Assembly: GCF_964355755.1 (NCBI RefSeq)
Contig: NC_092680.1
Coordinates: forward strand, 21,089,045-21,153,044
Length of the DNA stretch: 64,000 nt
Direction of reading: 5' to 3'
Source: Antedon mediterranea
Lineage: Eukaryota > Animalia > Echinodermata
The notes under the pieces are model-generated. The model did not search any database. It saw only the letters and a list, made by a program, of their open reading frames with translations, and had not been told where the DNA came from. Positions 1 to 11,938 of this stretch are shown in pieces. Every line of letters begins with the position of its first letter. Position 1 is the stretch's first letter. The position numbers and the translations under genes are program-made.

Positions 1-94
1 TTTTTTTATTAGAGGCTTAGGGAGTGTAGTAGAAAGAGAGAACCCTAGACCTTGGGATTGGCAAACACCACCACGCTACCAGCTCCACAAAAAT

Positions 95-3000
95 GTGCAT
101 GTTGTATACAGTAGTGTGCTTTTATTTGTATGCTGTATATGTGTGATCTTATTTGTATGTTGTATGAGTTCTTTTATTTGTAAGTTGTATGTGTTCATTT
201 ATTTGTATACTGTCTGTGTTCATTTAATTGTATGTTGTATGTGTTCATTTATTTGTATGTTGTATGTGTTCATTTATTTGTATGTTGTATGAGTTCATTT
301 ATTTGTATGTTGTATGTGTTCATTTATTTGTATACTGTCTGTGTTCATTTAATTGTATGTTGTATGAGTTCATTTATTTGTATACTGTATGTGTTCATTT
401 ATTTGTATGTTGTATGTGTTCATTTATTTGTATACTGTATGTGTTCATTTATTTGTAAGTTGTATGAGTTCATTTATTTGTATACTGTATGTGTTCATTT
501 ATTTGTATGTTGTATGAGTTCATTTATTTGTATACTGTATGTGTTCATTTATTTGTATGTTGTATGTGTTCATTTATTTGTATGCTGTATGTGTTCATTT
601 ATTTGTATGTTGTATGAGTTCATTTATTTGTATACTGTATGTGTTCATTTATTTGTATGTTGTATGAGTTCATTTATTTGTATACTGTATGTGTTCATTT
701 ATTTGTATGTTGTATGAGTTCATTTATTTGTATACTGTATGTGTTCATTTATTTGTATGTTGTATGAGTTCTTTTATTTGTAAGTTGTATGAGTTCTTTT
801 ATTTGTATGTTGTATGAGTTCTTTTATTTGTAAGTTGTATGTGTTCATTTATTTGTATGTTGTATGTGTTCATTTATTTGTATGTTGTATGTGTTCATTT
901 ATTTGTATACTGTATGTGTTCATTTATTTGTATGTTGTATGTGTTCATTTATTTGTATGTTGTATGAGTTCTTTTATTTGTATGTTGTATGAGTTCTTTT
1001 ATTTGTAAGTTGTATGTGTTCATTTATTTGTATGTTGTATGTGTTCATTTATTTGTATGTTGTATGAGTTCATTTATTTGTATACTGTATGTGTTCATTT
1101 ATTTGTATGTTGTATGAGTTCATTTATTTGTATGTTGTATGTGTTCATTTATTTGTATGTTGTATGAGTTCATTTATTTGTATACTGTATGTGTTCATTT
1201 ATTTGTATGTTGTATGAGTTCATTTATTTGTATGTTGTATGTGTTCATTTATTTGTATGTTGTATGAGTTCATTTATTTGTATACTGTATGAGTTCATTT
1301 ATTTGTATGTTGTATGTGTTCATTTATTTGTAAGTTGTATGTGTTCATTTATTTGTATGTTGTATGTGTTCATTTATTTGTATGTTGTATGAGTTCATTT
1401 ATTTGTATACTGTATGTGTTCATTTATTTGTATGTTGTATGTGTTCATTTATTTGTATGTTGTATGAGTTCATTTATTTGTATACTGTATGTGTTCATTT
1501 ATTTGTATGTTGTATGTGTTCATTTATTTGTATACTGTATGTGTTCATTTATTTGTATGCTGTATGTGTTCATTTATTTGTAAGTTGTATGAGTTCATTT
1601 ATTTGTATACTGTATGTGTTCATTTATTTGTATGTTGTATGAGTTCATTTATTTGTATACTGTATGTGTTCATTTATTTGTATGTTGTATGAGTTCATTT
1701 ATTTGTATACTGTATGTGTTCATTTATTTGTATGCTGTATGTGTTCATTTATTTGTAAGTTGTATGAGTTCATTTATTTGTATACTGTATGTGTTCATTT
1801 ATTTGTATGTTGTATGTGTTCATTTATTTGTATGCTGTATGTGTTCATTTATTTATATACTGTATGTGTTCATTTATTTGTATGTTGTATGAGTTCCTTT
1901 ATTTGTATACTGTATGTGTTCATTTATTTGTATGTTGTATGTGTTCATTTATTTGTATGTTGTATGTGTTCATTTATTTGTATACTGTATGTGTTCATTT
2001 ATTTGTATACTGTATGTGTTCATTTATTTGTATGTTGTATGAGTTCATTTATTTGTATACTGTATGTGTTCATTTATTTGTATGCTGTATGTGTTCATTT
2101 ATTTGTAAGTTGTATGAGTTCATTTATTTGTATACTGTATGTGTTCATTTATTTGTATGTTGTATGTGTTCATTTATTTGTATGCTGTATGTGTTCATTT
2201 ATTTATATACTGTATGTGTTCATTTATTTGTATGTTGTATGAGTTCCTTTATTTGTATACTGTATGTGTTCATTTATTTGTATGCTGTATGTGTTCATTT
2301 ATTTGTATACTGTATGTGTTCATTTATTTGTATGTTGTATGAGTTCATTTATTTGTATGTTGTATGTGTTCATTTATTTGTATACTGTATGTGTTCATTT
2401 ATTTGTATACTGTATGAGTTCATTTATTTGTATGTTGTATGTGTTCATTTATTTGTATACTGTATGTGTTCATTTATTTGTATGTTGTATGTGTTCATTT
2501 ATTTGTAAGTAGTATGAGTTCATTTATTTGTATACTGTATGTGTTCATTTATTTGTATGTTGTATGTGTTCATTTATTTGTATGTTGTATGTGTTCATTT
2601 ATTTGTATACTGTATGTGTTCATTTATTTGTAAGTTGTATGTGTTCATTTATTTGTATACTGTATGTGTTCATTTATTTATATACTGTATGTGTTCATTT
2701 ATTTGTATGTTGTATGTGTTCATTTATTTGTATACTGTATGAGTTCATTTATTTGTATACTGTATGTGTTCATTTATTTGTATACTGTATGTGTTCTTTT
2801 ATTTGTATGTTGTATGTGTTCATTTATTTGTATACTGTATGTGTTCATTTATTTGTATACTGTATGTGTTCATTTATTTGTAAGTTGTATGAGTTCATTT
2901 ATTTGTATGTTGTATGAGTTCATTTATTTGTATGTTGTATGTGTTCATTTATTTGTATGTTGTATGTGTTCATTTATTTGTATGTTGTATGTGTTCATTT

Positions 3001-3230
3001 ATTTGTATGTTGTATGTGTTCATTTATTTGTATACTGTATGTGTTCATTTATTTGTATGTTTTATGTGTTCATTTATTTGTATGTTTTATGAGTTCATTT
3101 ATTTGTATGTTGTATGTGTTCATTTATTTGTATGTTTTATGAGTTCATTTATTTGTATGCTGTATGTGTTCTTTTGTTTGTATGCTGTGATTTTATTTTT
3201 AAGTTGTATATGTGTGATTTTATTTGTGTG
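95..3230. repeat. 25-bp tandem satellite (~125 units) in a DHX36 intron
   Basis: Unit TGTATG[T/A]GTTCATTTATTTGTA[TGT/TAC/AGT/TGC], degenerate at both ends. It generates all the spurious ORFs in 95-3246. Confidence 0.98.
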
Positions 3231-3240
3231 CTTGCCTTAC

Positions 3241-6200
3241 CTTTAAAGAATTCATGGACATAAAGTTATTCCAACAGTACGCCCTCTCAGCATTGGAACC
3301 CGTTGCACGTGCCTCTTCCCAACCACGGAATGCATACACCATCATCAAATGATCACTTTTAGATTCATAAGACAACTTCACTTTCTGGGCATCTGCCTCC
3401 TTTTCTTTACCCTAGCATTAAAATCAGAACACACTAGTAACACAGCCAACAATATCATACAACTTTGACAGATATGGATTAGTAATGAGAACAATGAATA
3501 TTTAATATTATATAAAGCTTATTACGATACACTTACCAGTGGAATAAAAAATGGATCTTTGAAGCTGAGAGAAGCAGCGATTGTAAGAATCGGATCCAGA
3601 CAGCAAAACATTGCTCCAAAAAGGATTAGGCGACCGATTCTTGGCTGGACGGGGAGTCTAGCAAGATGGTAACCAAGTGAGGTCAAATTCTCCGTCTCAT
3701 CAAGGGCATTCTTTAAATCAAAATAAAATTATAATTTGTTGTTATCATTATATAAATAAAATACTGTAATAATTAATATAAACCAATAATAGTTGAAATA
3801 TTAGCAAATACTAAGTAAAATACTAAGTACTGTTTTTACCATTTGTTTTAGAGCAGTCAGAGCTAATTCAACTGAACGATCTTCAGGTTTATCCATGGCT
3901 TTGTCTAGAAAATTCCTCACAAGCCCAAGTTTCAAGGTCTGCATTAAGCATAAAAAGAGAAAAACAAATGCATTCAAGTATGGCAAATGTAATGAAGTTG
4001 TTGACTAAACTCAATCAAATTCATGCTTTGAGAAAATCCATTTATTAATTACAGTACTTCGCCCCAATTAGTGTTGATGAGCGTAATCAGGATCTTTAAA
4101 AATGGGAAGCCCTAACTGGGAGTTAACTTCATTGAGGCTTTCAAAGGGGAGAGGTGTGCGCACTTAGTGCTACCTTCCTGAATCTGCTTGGTAAACATAA
4201 AAATAAAAGGACACATTTTATGTTGTTCCAAGCAGCACACATAAACATTCAAGTAATTGTACTCTGCTTCTTGCCTTGATCTGTAAAGCAACTTCTTCCA
4301 AAGGCGTCCTTTGCATTTCTGGCAACTGGTAATCCGTCATCAGACTATGACGTAGTGTGGAGTACAGATGATAACATTCACCGGGTTGAACCCTTCCTGC
4401 TCTACCCCTCCGCTGTTTAGCAGCTGCCAGACTAGTCCATTCTGGTTGTAGGGTACTAATATTGTTCTTGACATCAAAATTCTTTTCTTTAACTTTACCA
4501 GCGTTTATGACAAACACCACGTCTTCAATAGTGATACTCGTTTCTGCAATATTCGTTGCTATTATAATTTTGCGGACACCTTTTGGTGGTTTTTGAAACA
4601 CCTGTGTTGATATGTAAAAATAGAAAACAGATCAAAAACATGGTAGATTAAAATACATTAAAATTAGTTAGCTCTGTCTACACTATCAAACTAGTTTGAG
4701 AAAAAAAGTGTGATGAGCCCAAATATGGTAGTGATATGACATCATCGTGTCCATATATGGGCACATCACATTTTTTCATAAAGTGTACTCTAATAAATGT
4801 AAATAAACACATACAAATGTGTTATATTTAGAATGTTATGAAATGCTTACATCAGAACATTTAAGATACTGGCTGCTGCAGTAACTGCAGTATACTAATG
4901 TTGACATAGTCCCTGAGTATCTTACCTCATGCACCCATATATGGACATGATGATGTCATATCACTACCATATTTAAGCATATCACTACCATATTTGGGCA
5001 CATTACACTTTGATAGTGTAGACAGTGCCTTACCTCATGCTGGTTGACTGTAGGCATCATTGAATGTAAAGGAATAATACGATAGTCTCTTGACTTAAAC
5101 ATTCGTTGAGTCATCAATTTGTCATTCAATTTACTTATCTGATCCCAACCAGGAAGAAATACTAAAATAGCTCCATCCTATTAATTGAATAAAACAATGT
5201 AAATTTATTTTATTTGTACTTGAATGTTTTAAAAAGATTTACTATACAACAGAACCCCTTACCAAGGTGGATACACAGGTCCCAAAAAGTGTCCCCTGAA
5301 TAGGGGTTATCCGTAGTGGTAAAACATATACTTCACCTTGTACATTTGGGAAGTGTTTTTATGTAATAGGAGTGTCCCCTAAAAAGGGGTTATCCGTAGT
5401 GATAAAACATATACTTCACCTTGTACATTTGGAAAGTGTTTTTATGTAATAGGAGTGTCCCCTAAAAAGGGGTTATCCGTAGTGGTAAAACATATACTTC
5501 CCCTTGTACTTTAGGGAAGTGTTTTTATGTAATAGGAGTGTCCCCTGAATAAGGGTTATCCGTAGTGGTAAAACATATACTTCACCTTGTACATTTGGAA
5601 AGTGTTTTTATGTAATAGGAGTGTCCCCTGAAAAGGGGTTATCCGTAGTGGTAAAACATATACTTCACCTTGTACTTTAGGGAAGTGTTTTTATGTAATA
5701 GGAGTGTCCCCTGAATAAGGGTTATCCGTAGTGGTAAAACATATACTTCCCCTTGTACGTTTCATAGGAAAGTGTTTTTATGTAATAGGAGTGTCTTCTG
5801 AATAGAGGTGTCCCAAAGTAGGGGTATCACTGTATGGTATTCAGTATATTATTAACTGTAGTATTTGTGGAATTTATTCATTATCTTGTATCTAAAGTCT
5901 ACACCTACTGTACATTTCATTTCATCTTTAATTCAGAATAATTTACATTCATTTATTTACACATTAGAAACTGTTGTAATATACTAATCCTTTTTTCGCA
6001 CTTGGATACAAATAAGTATATATAGTTTAATGAACTTACGCCTTTCTCTCGCACAATGTATAAAATGGTTTGCAGTATCATGTTGTAATCTATAATATCA
6101 TGGTCCATATGCATAAGGCTGTTGACTGTCTCCTCATCATTTCTAAATAGCAACACAAAACAAACAAATGTATAAAACTTTACACTATCTATATTTTACT

Positions 6201-9200
6201 ACTATATATATCTTTAATTAAACAAGTGGAAATAACTACAATACAATCATAATGTGCCATAGTTGTATTCGTAAAATGAAATATTTGAAATAATTATGAC
6301 AATTATTTATATTTTTACATTAGCTAATGCTACAGTATGTCATGGAGTTGTTTATTTGTCTTTTTTCTAGTTAGGTGTGGTATAAGACAAGTTCTTTTAC
6401 TTCTAATTTCGATCCCTGAAAGAGTTTCTATTATTGGATCATTTAATTTACTATAAATTCTTGTTATTTTTGGACTGTTTCAAACAATACTGTTTCCACA
6501 ACAAAATGGATGAAGAAAGTCTACATATATTCTCTTATTTTATGAAAATGTATAAAATTGAAACCTATCTGTTGAGGAAAATAATATAGTATAAACACAC
6601 AAATAAGAACTTATTATATTTCACTTGTTATATTAGTGTTACTTTACGGCTGTGAGACATGGAAAATAACAGAAGGGGACAACAAGAAACTTGACACATT
6701 TAAATTTAAATGTTTGCGAAGAATATTGAAGATTAGATGGCCATATACCATTTCAAATATTGACATATTAATCAAAACCAACATGAGAAGCAGAATAAGC
6801 GATGAAGTGGATTGGACATGTGTTACGAATAGAGGATTACAGCTTTAACATGGTGTCCTGAAGGAAGGAGAAAAGTTTGACATCCAAAAACAATGTGGAG
6901 ACGGACAGTAAAAAAAGAGAGAACAGAGTTAGGATGGAAATCATGAAACCTAGCCAAGCCTGTGGCCAGGGACCGGATGCGTTGGCGGAGGAATCTTGCA
7001 GCTATGGGCCAAAGGGCTTGAAGAGGATAAGTGAGTTGAGGTGAGACAAATAAGAACTTACAGTTTTCGTTGTTGATCTATATATTCATCAAACATTTCC
7101 TGGTACTCCTGTTGCTTTTTCATTTCTTCTTCTCGTACTTGACGTCCTTTACGAAATTTGACCCAAACAGGCTCAAACCGTTTGGCCTTCTCCGGAGGAA
7201 AGTATCTAATCATTAATCAAAGGCAAATTTTATTTTAATTAACAATATTAGCAAAAAGAGAAACAGTTTTTAATTTTAATCATTTCTTTTTTTTTAATAT
7301 TATTTAGGCAAATTTCCAAGAATAACCATAAGCGAAATAATTCACTATCAATATCAATCCTGTTCACAAGACAAACATACACAAGATGTTCTACATAAAC
7401 AAAGTCTTATTACAAGTATTTGGGAGTGGAGTTATAATCCTTAGATTGGAAGCCTAGCATCTTAACCGTCAAGCCACAACTCCACTTTATCATGAATTGT
7501 AAAACAAGTAAATGTATTGTACCTAGTAAGTTTCAGCACATCCTCAAGGAAATATTCTTGTACTGGAAATGTGAATCCTGGAATATTTAACATAGGACAA
7601 TTTCCAAAATACTCTGAAAACTTGCTTGCGTTCAATGTTGCACTCATCAAGATAAGCTTCAAATTGGGCCTAGAACACAGAAAATGTGAAAATACAAAAT
7701 GTGAACACAGAAAATGTGAACAACACACAAAATGTGAACAACACACAAAATGTGAACAACAAACTAAGTGTGAACACACAAAACGTGAACACAGAAAATG
7801 TGAACACACAAAACGTGAACACAGAAAATGTGAACAACACACAAAATGTGAACACACAAAACGTGAACACAGAAAATGTGAACAACACACAAAATGTAAA
7901 AACAGAAAATGTGAACACACAAACTATGAACACAGAAAATGTGAACACAGAAAATGTGAACACAGAAAATGTGAACAAAGAAAATGTGAACACAGAAAAG
8001 GTGAACACAGAAAATGTGAAAACAGAAAAGGTGAACACAGAAAAGGTGAACACAGAAAATGTGAACACAGAAAATGTGAACACAGAAAATGTGAACCCAC
8101 AAACTGTGAACAACACACGAAATGTGAACAAAGAAAATGTGAACACACAAAATGTAAACACACAAAATGTGAACACAGAAAATGTGAACACAGAAAATGA
8201 CAACACACAAAATATAAACACACAATACCAGACATGTTATCATACTATAAAGCAGTTCCGACAAATGTTGTGCTTTAAAGTCATTCAAAATTTGTGGTGG
8301 ACTGAACATTTTTTTTTTAATTCTAAATTCTTCAAGTAGTATTAGGAAATGTATATATATTGTATCCTATGTAAAAAATGGCCCATGGACTTTTTCTTTA
8401 GATTTAATAAAAACAATATTGTGCTTACCGTTTAGGAAGGATATCTCTTAACATGATAAGAAGAAAGTCAGAGAGAACATCACGTTCATGAATTTCATCT
8501 AGTATCACATGACTTGTACTATGCAAATCACTGGAATAAAAAAGAATGTCTTTACTATTTTTGGTTTATACCAAGATAATAACTTTGAACAAAAAACAGC
8601 TGTCAACCAGCAACTAAAAGAAAATTGAATTCAACTGAAAGAAACACTATAAGCAATCTATAAACTTTAGCAAATTTAGTAATTTGGAAAATTTTCTATT
8701 TGATGCATTAATAAGCTCTCAACCAGATTGACCCGCTTAGGGAAACACGACCAGAATGAAAATCGCAGGTATGTGCTCTTGTACTTTAAAAAAGGGTAGC
8801 ATGATTCTTTTCTTGCATGGCGTTGGCAAAGCAAATTCGCGTAATGGAAAAAAAGGCTTTAAATATCCAAAATCAAATGTCATATAACTTGTGCCTGTTT
8901 TGCGTATCTACAAATTTCAGCTCCAAATTATAGTGCTAGGTATTTTGTCAGTTACTTTGAAGGAACGAAAAAGTGTTCTTTTTAAAATTGAGTTTAATTC
9001 CGTTTAAAGATGTATTGACCCATGATTAATTCCAAAAAAATAAAAAATTAAAGATTTTGGAAAAAAGGTGGGTCATTTTGAAGTATCATAATAGTTATTA
9101 ACTTTCACTAAAAATTAGTCGAAAAAAAATCATTTAACTAAAATACAGATGTTTTTTTCTCACTTTACTGCCAGTCAAGGTTTTCGATCAAAACATATCC

Positions 9201-11938
9201 CATAATGCAACGCGCTTGTGTGGCTACTCTGTATGCATAATCATAAAACTTCCTCACGATCTGTGTAAAAAAATACCTTCTCAACCATGACGAGTTGTAA
9301 ACAATCATAATTAGCATATCATGCATGCATACTCGTGAAACCTTTGTTTACTTTCGCTCGCGAAGATTTTCTCGACAAAATGTAATCAAATTAATTTCCC
9401 TTATAATTACGTAAACTTGTTGTTTTTTAAGTTTGAAGTTCGAAGTTAAAGTGAATAACTTTAATATTACTTTGATATGGCCTATTTAAATTCAGAATAT
9501 TTCGACCTTCATTTTCAAGGAACAATACATCTTTAAATACTAACCTGTCACATTCCATCCATTTCAGTAAGATTCCTGTAGTACAGTAAATGATACAACC
9601 TTGTTGTCTAGGAAACTCCACTTCCAATCGGATTTGGTACCCACAACTGTTACCACGGCCGCAGGGCTCAGCTCTTTCTGCAGCTACACGCTGTGCAACC
9701 TAATCAATGTTCAACAAATTAATTTAAAATAGAGGAGCTTCAGGATAAATGTTTTATTTTAATATAAGTTCAACATTTAATCAATATAAGAATAATAATA
9801 ATTCAATTTTCACTTACAGATATTGCACTTATTCGTCTAGGCTGTGTACATACAATTCTGCATAATGAACCTTGACCTTGCCTTATTTGGTCATCAAGGA
9901 TGAACTGTGATACCTGTGTTGTTTTTCCACAACCTGTTTCTCCACTTAGTACTACCACCTGATTAGAGTTAATGACATCTATAATTTCCTGAAAAAAAAT
10001 TAATTACTTTTAGTGTCAACTAGATGTTGACAACTCATTTTGTATTGTCATGTAAAGTGAGTACCTACTCAACTAGTACCCTTTTCACATCTGCATAAAT
10101 TATTACAACTTTTAACAGCTTGTAACCAGGTTTGAACTGATTTATTACATGTTTTCATACACGCATACACACGAACCCCGCGAAATCTCGGAAGGAATGC
10201 GTAGTTGCGCGCTATTTGATAGCTAGGATCGGCCAGTTTACCAGGGCAATACACGTGCACGCAGTAAGAACTTGGAACATCTCGGAACAAAAACATGCCT
10301 CTCGTCAGTGTGTTTTTATCCGGAGATTTCACAGAGGTCCCCAGTGAAATCTCGGCGAGATTTTCCACAACATTGTATTCACACTATGCTAACCTAGTTA
10401 CAACTTGTTACAAGTTGTTACAATTTGCAGATGTTAAAAGGGTATAAGCCAACAGGCAGTGCTAGTCATTTGTTGTTATTACATGATCATACAAGAATTG
10501 GGCAAACAAAATCTGCGGCTTTTCAACCATAAAACAATTATTGACTGCTTCAAAACTAGAATACCTGTTGCATCTTGTAGCTTGGAAGCTTCTGTCGAAA
10601 TTCTTGCATACGTTTATAAACCATATTATTTTCTTTCGATTCCAACTCCTTTAAGAAAGTTTCATTTAGTTCTTGATTGTCTCTAAGCTTCTGCGAGTAA
10701 AATGCTTTATTGTTGTCTACACTTTTGCTGTTATCTATAAATACACAACCAAGTAATACATTCTAAAATAATTTATAGAATTAAAAAATATAAATTTAAT
10801 GTAGATAGTTAATAAATTAAGATCATTTTTATAACTACTGCAAACTGTCTACACTATCAAACTAGTTTTACAATAAAAATGTGATGCGATGTGCCCAAAT
10901 ATGGTAATGATGCCTACATAATGGTAGTGGTATGACATCATCATGTCCTTATATGGGCAATATAAACTTGTGTAGTATAGACAGAGATGGTCAGATTTTT
11001 TGACCAACTTTTACTTGCAAATTGTTTTGCTGGTGTTAGTCTCAGTGTACTTGGTATAAATTACAATTTACGTCAGAATAAAGAAAATATAAATATGACC
11101 AATTAATAATACTTTCAACATTCAATAATTATATTTAAATAAAGAATTTGTCAGTCAGCAGCATAAAATAAGTTGAAAAATCACAAACTGTGGGAGTCTG
11201 AAAGGTCATCTCTTGTGTCGTCTGACTTGACATCTGACAACAAACGGTTGATGCGGTTTATATGACTATCCTGCATCACTACGGTTGGTTCCTAAAAAAG
11301 AAGGAGGCGACTTGTTAGAGGGAGCTATTGATTTTTTAAACAGTTTTTATGGATTCTAGATCCAAACAATGACCAATGAACCAATACATATCAGGTTTTG
11401 GGTCGTCTGGACCAGAATCTACCAAAATTGAGAAGTTACAATTATCTGGCAAAAAATTAAAAAATTATTAAACAGTCATTGCATCATTTAGGGCGAAACT
11501 GAGAGAATATTTTTTATGATTTAATTAAACAATTACCCGGTCTATTTGCTTTTGTTGTGCTTTCGCTCTTTGAGCATACCACATGCCAATCTCCCGACCT
11601 TTTAGGCCTGGAGGTGGACCACCTCTGCCACCTCGTCCTCCTCTGCTGCCTCTTCTTCCGCCACCTTGTCCTCCTCTGCTGCCTCTTCCTCCGCCACTTC
11701 GTCCTCCTCTGTTACCCCTGTTATCTATGTCTCTTCTATCTTCATATCCTTCAGCTTCACGTCCATAGTTTCTATACGCTCCATAGCCACGGTTTCCCCT
11801 TCTTGGACCACCACCTCCACGTCCTCTCCACGAGCCATGGCCCGGTTCGGCCATACTTAAAGTTAGACTTTGTCTAAAAGTAGTTGATGATGCAAGCCGA
11901 CAGTTTCTTAGCAGTGCCAGTGACAAAATATGTAACAT
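3241..11938 (-). CDS. DHX36: ATP-dependent DEAH-box helicase DHX36 (G4 resolvase), 3'-partial, spliced
   Basis: Coding exons (minus): 11938/11854-11537, 11291-11189, 10734-10565, 9988-9818, 9699-9545, 8530-8429, 7669-7523, 7205-7062, 6142-6040, 5177-5034, 4601-4275, 3938-3840, 3710-3537, 3411-3241; phases join in frame. Motifs: RGG-rich N-terminus, DHX36-specific [65 protein letters not shown]2 region. Confidence 0.96.
4670..4785 (+). mobile_element. MITE family A (PIF/Harbinger-like), partial
   Basis: Starts AGCTCTGTCTACACTATCAAACT; internal CCAAATATGGTAGTGATATG. Confidence 0.8.
4933..5028 (-). mobile_element. MITE family A fragment between a 12-bp direct repeat of the exon donor
   Basis: CTTACCTCATGC at 4921-4932 and 5029-5040 flanks a reverse-oriented family A sequence. 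Confidence 0.8.
5246..5832. repeat. 83-bp tandem repeat (~6 units) inside a probable Tc1/mariner-type MITE
   Basis: Unit GTGTCCCCTGAATAGGGGTTATCCGTAGTGG...AATAGGA starts at 5289, 5372, etc. Imperfect TIR CAACAGAACCCCT / AGGGGTATCACTG flanked by TA. Confidence 0.8.
6614..7045 (+). mobile_element. 5'-truncated RTE-clade LINE, degenerate
   Basis: LLYGCETW...[11 protein letters not shown]...WIGHVLR...PKTMWRRTV...ARDRMRWR, with stops and frameshifts. Short (GTGAG)-type tail. 15-bp TSD ACAAATAAGAACTTA at 6599-6613 and 7046-7060. Confidence 0.9.
7672..8225. repeat. 15-bp minisatellite (AAAATGTGAACACAG) with 18-bp variants
   Basis: Direct tandem array abutting the DHX36 acceptor at 7670-7671. Confidence 0.95.
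10077..10444. mobile_element. Non-autonomous DNA transposon (MITE), CpG-rich interior
   Basis: TIR TACCCTTTTCACATCTGCA / TGCAGATGTTAAAAGGGTA plus subterminal TTACAAC repeats; superfamily not assigned. Confidence 0.75.
10843..10987 (+). mobile_element. MITE family A, diverged
   Basis: CTGTCTACACTATCAAACTAG...GTGCCCAAATATGG...TAGACAGAG. Confidence 0.75.

Noticed and set aside
20-90. tRNA/SINE-like head on the minus strand
   Set aside because: Boxes are degenerate and the context is cut by the window edge.
95-3246. Many Cys/Val/Tyr-rich ORFs
   Set aside because: Translations of the 25-bp satellite in rotating frames, inside an intron.
7517-8339. KCEHR- and NVNTE-repeat ORFs resembling metal-binding proteins
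   Set aside because: Produced by the 15-bp minisatellite; open in most frames; antisense to or intronic in DHX36.
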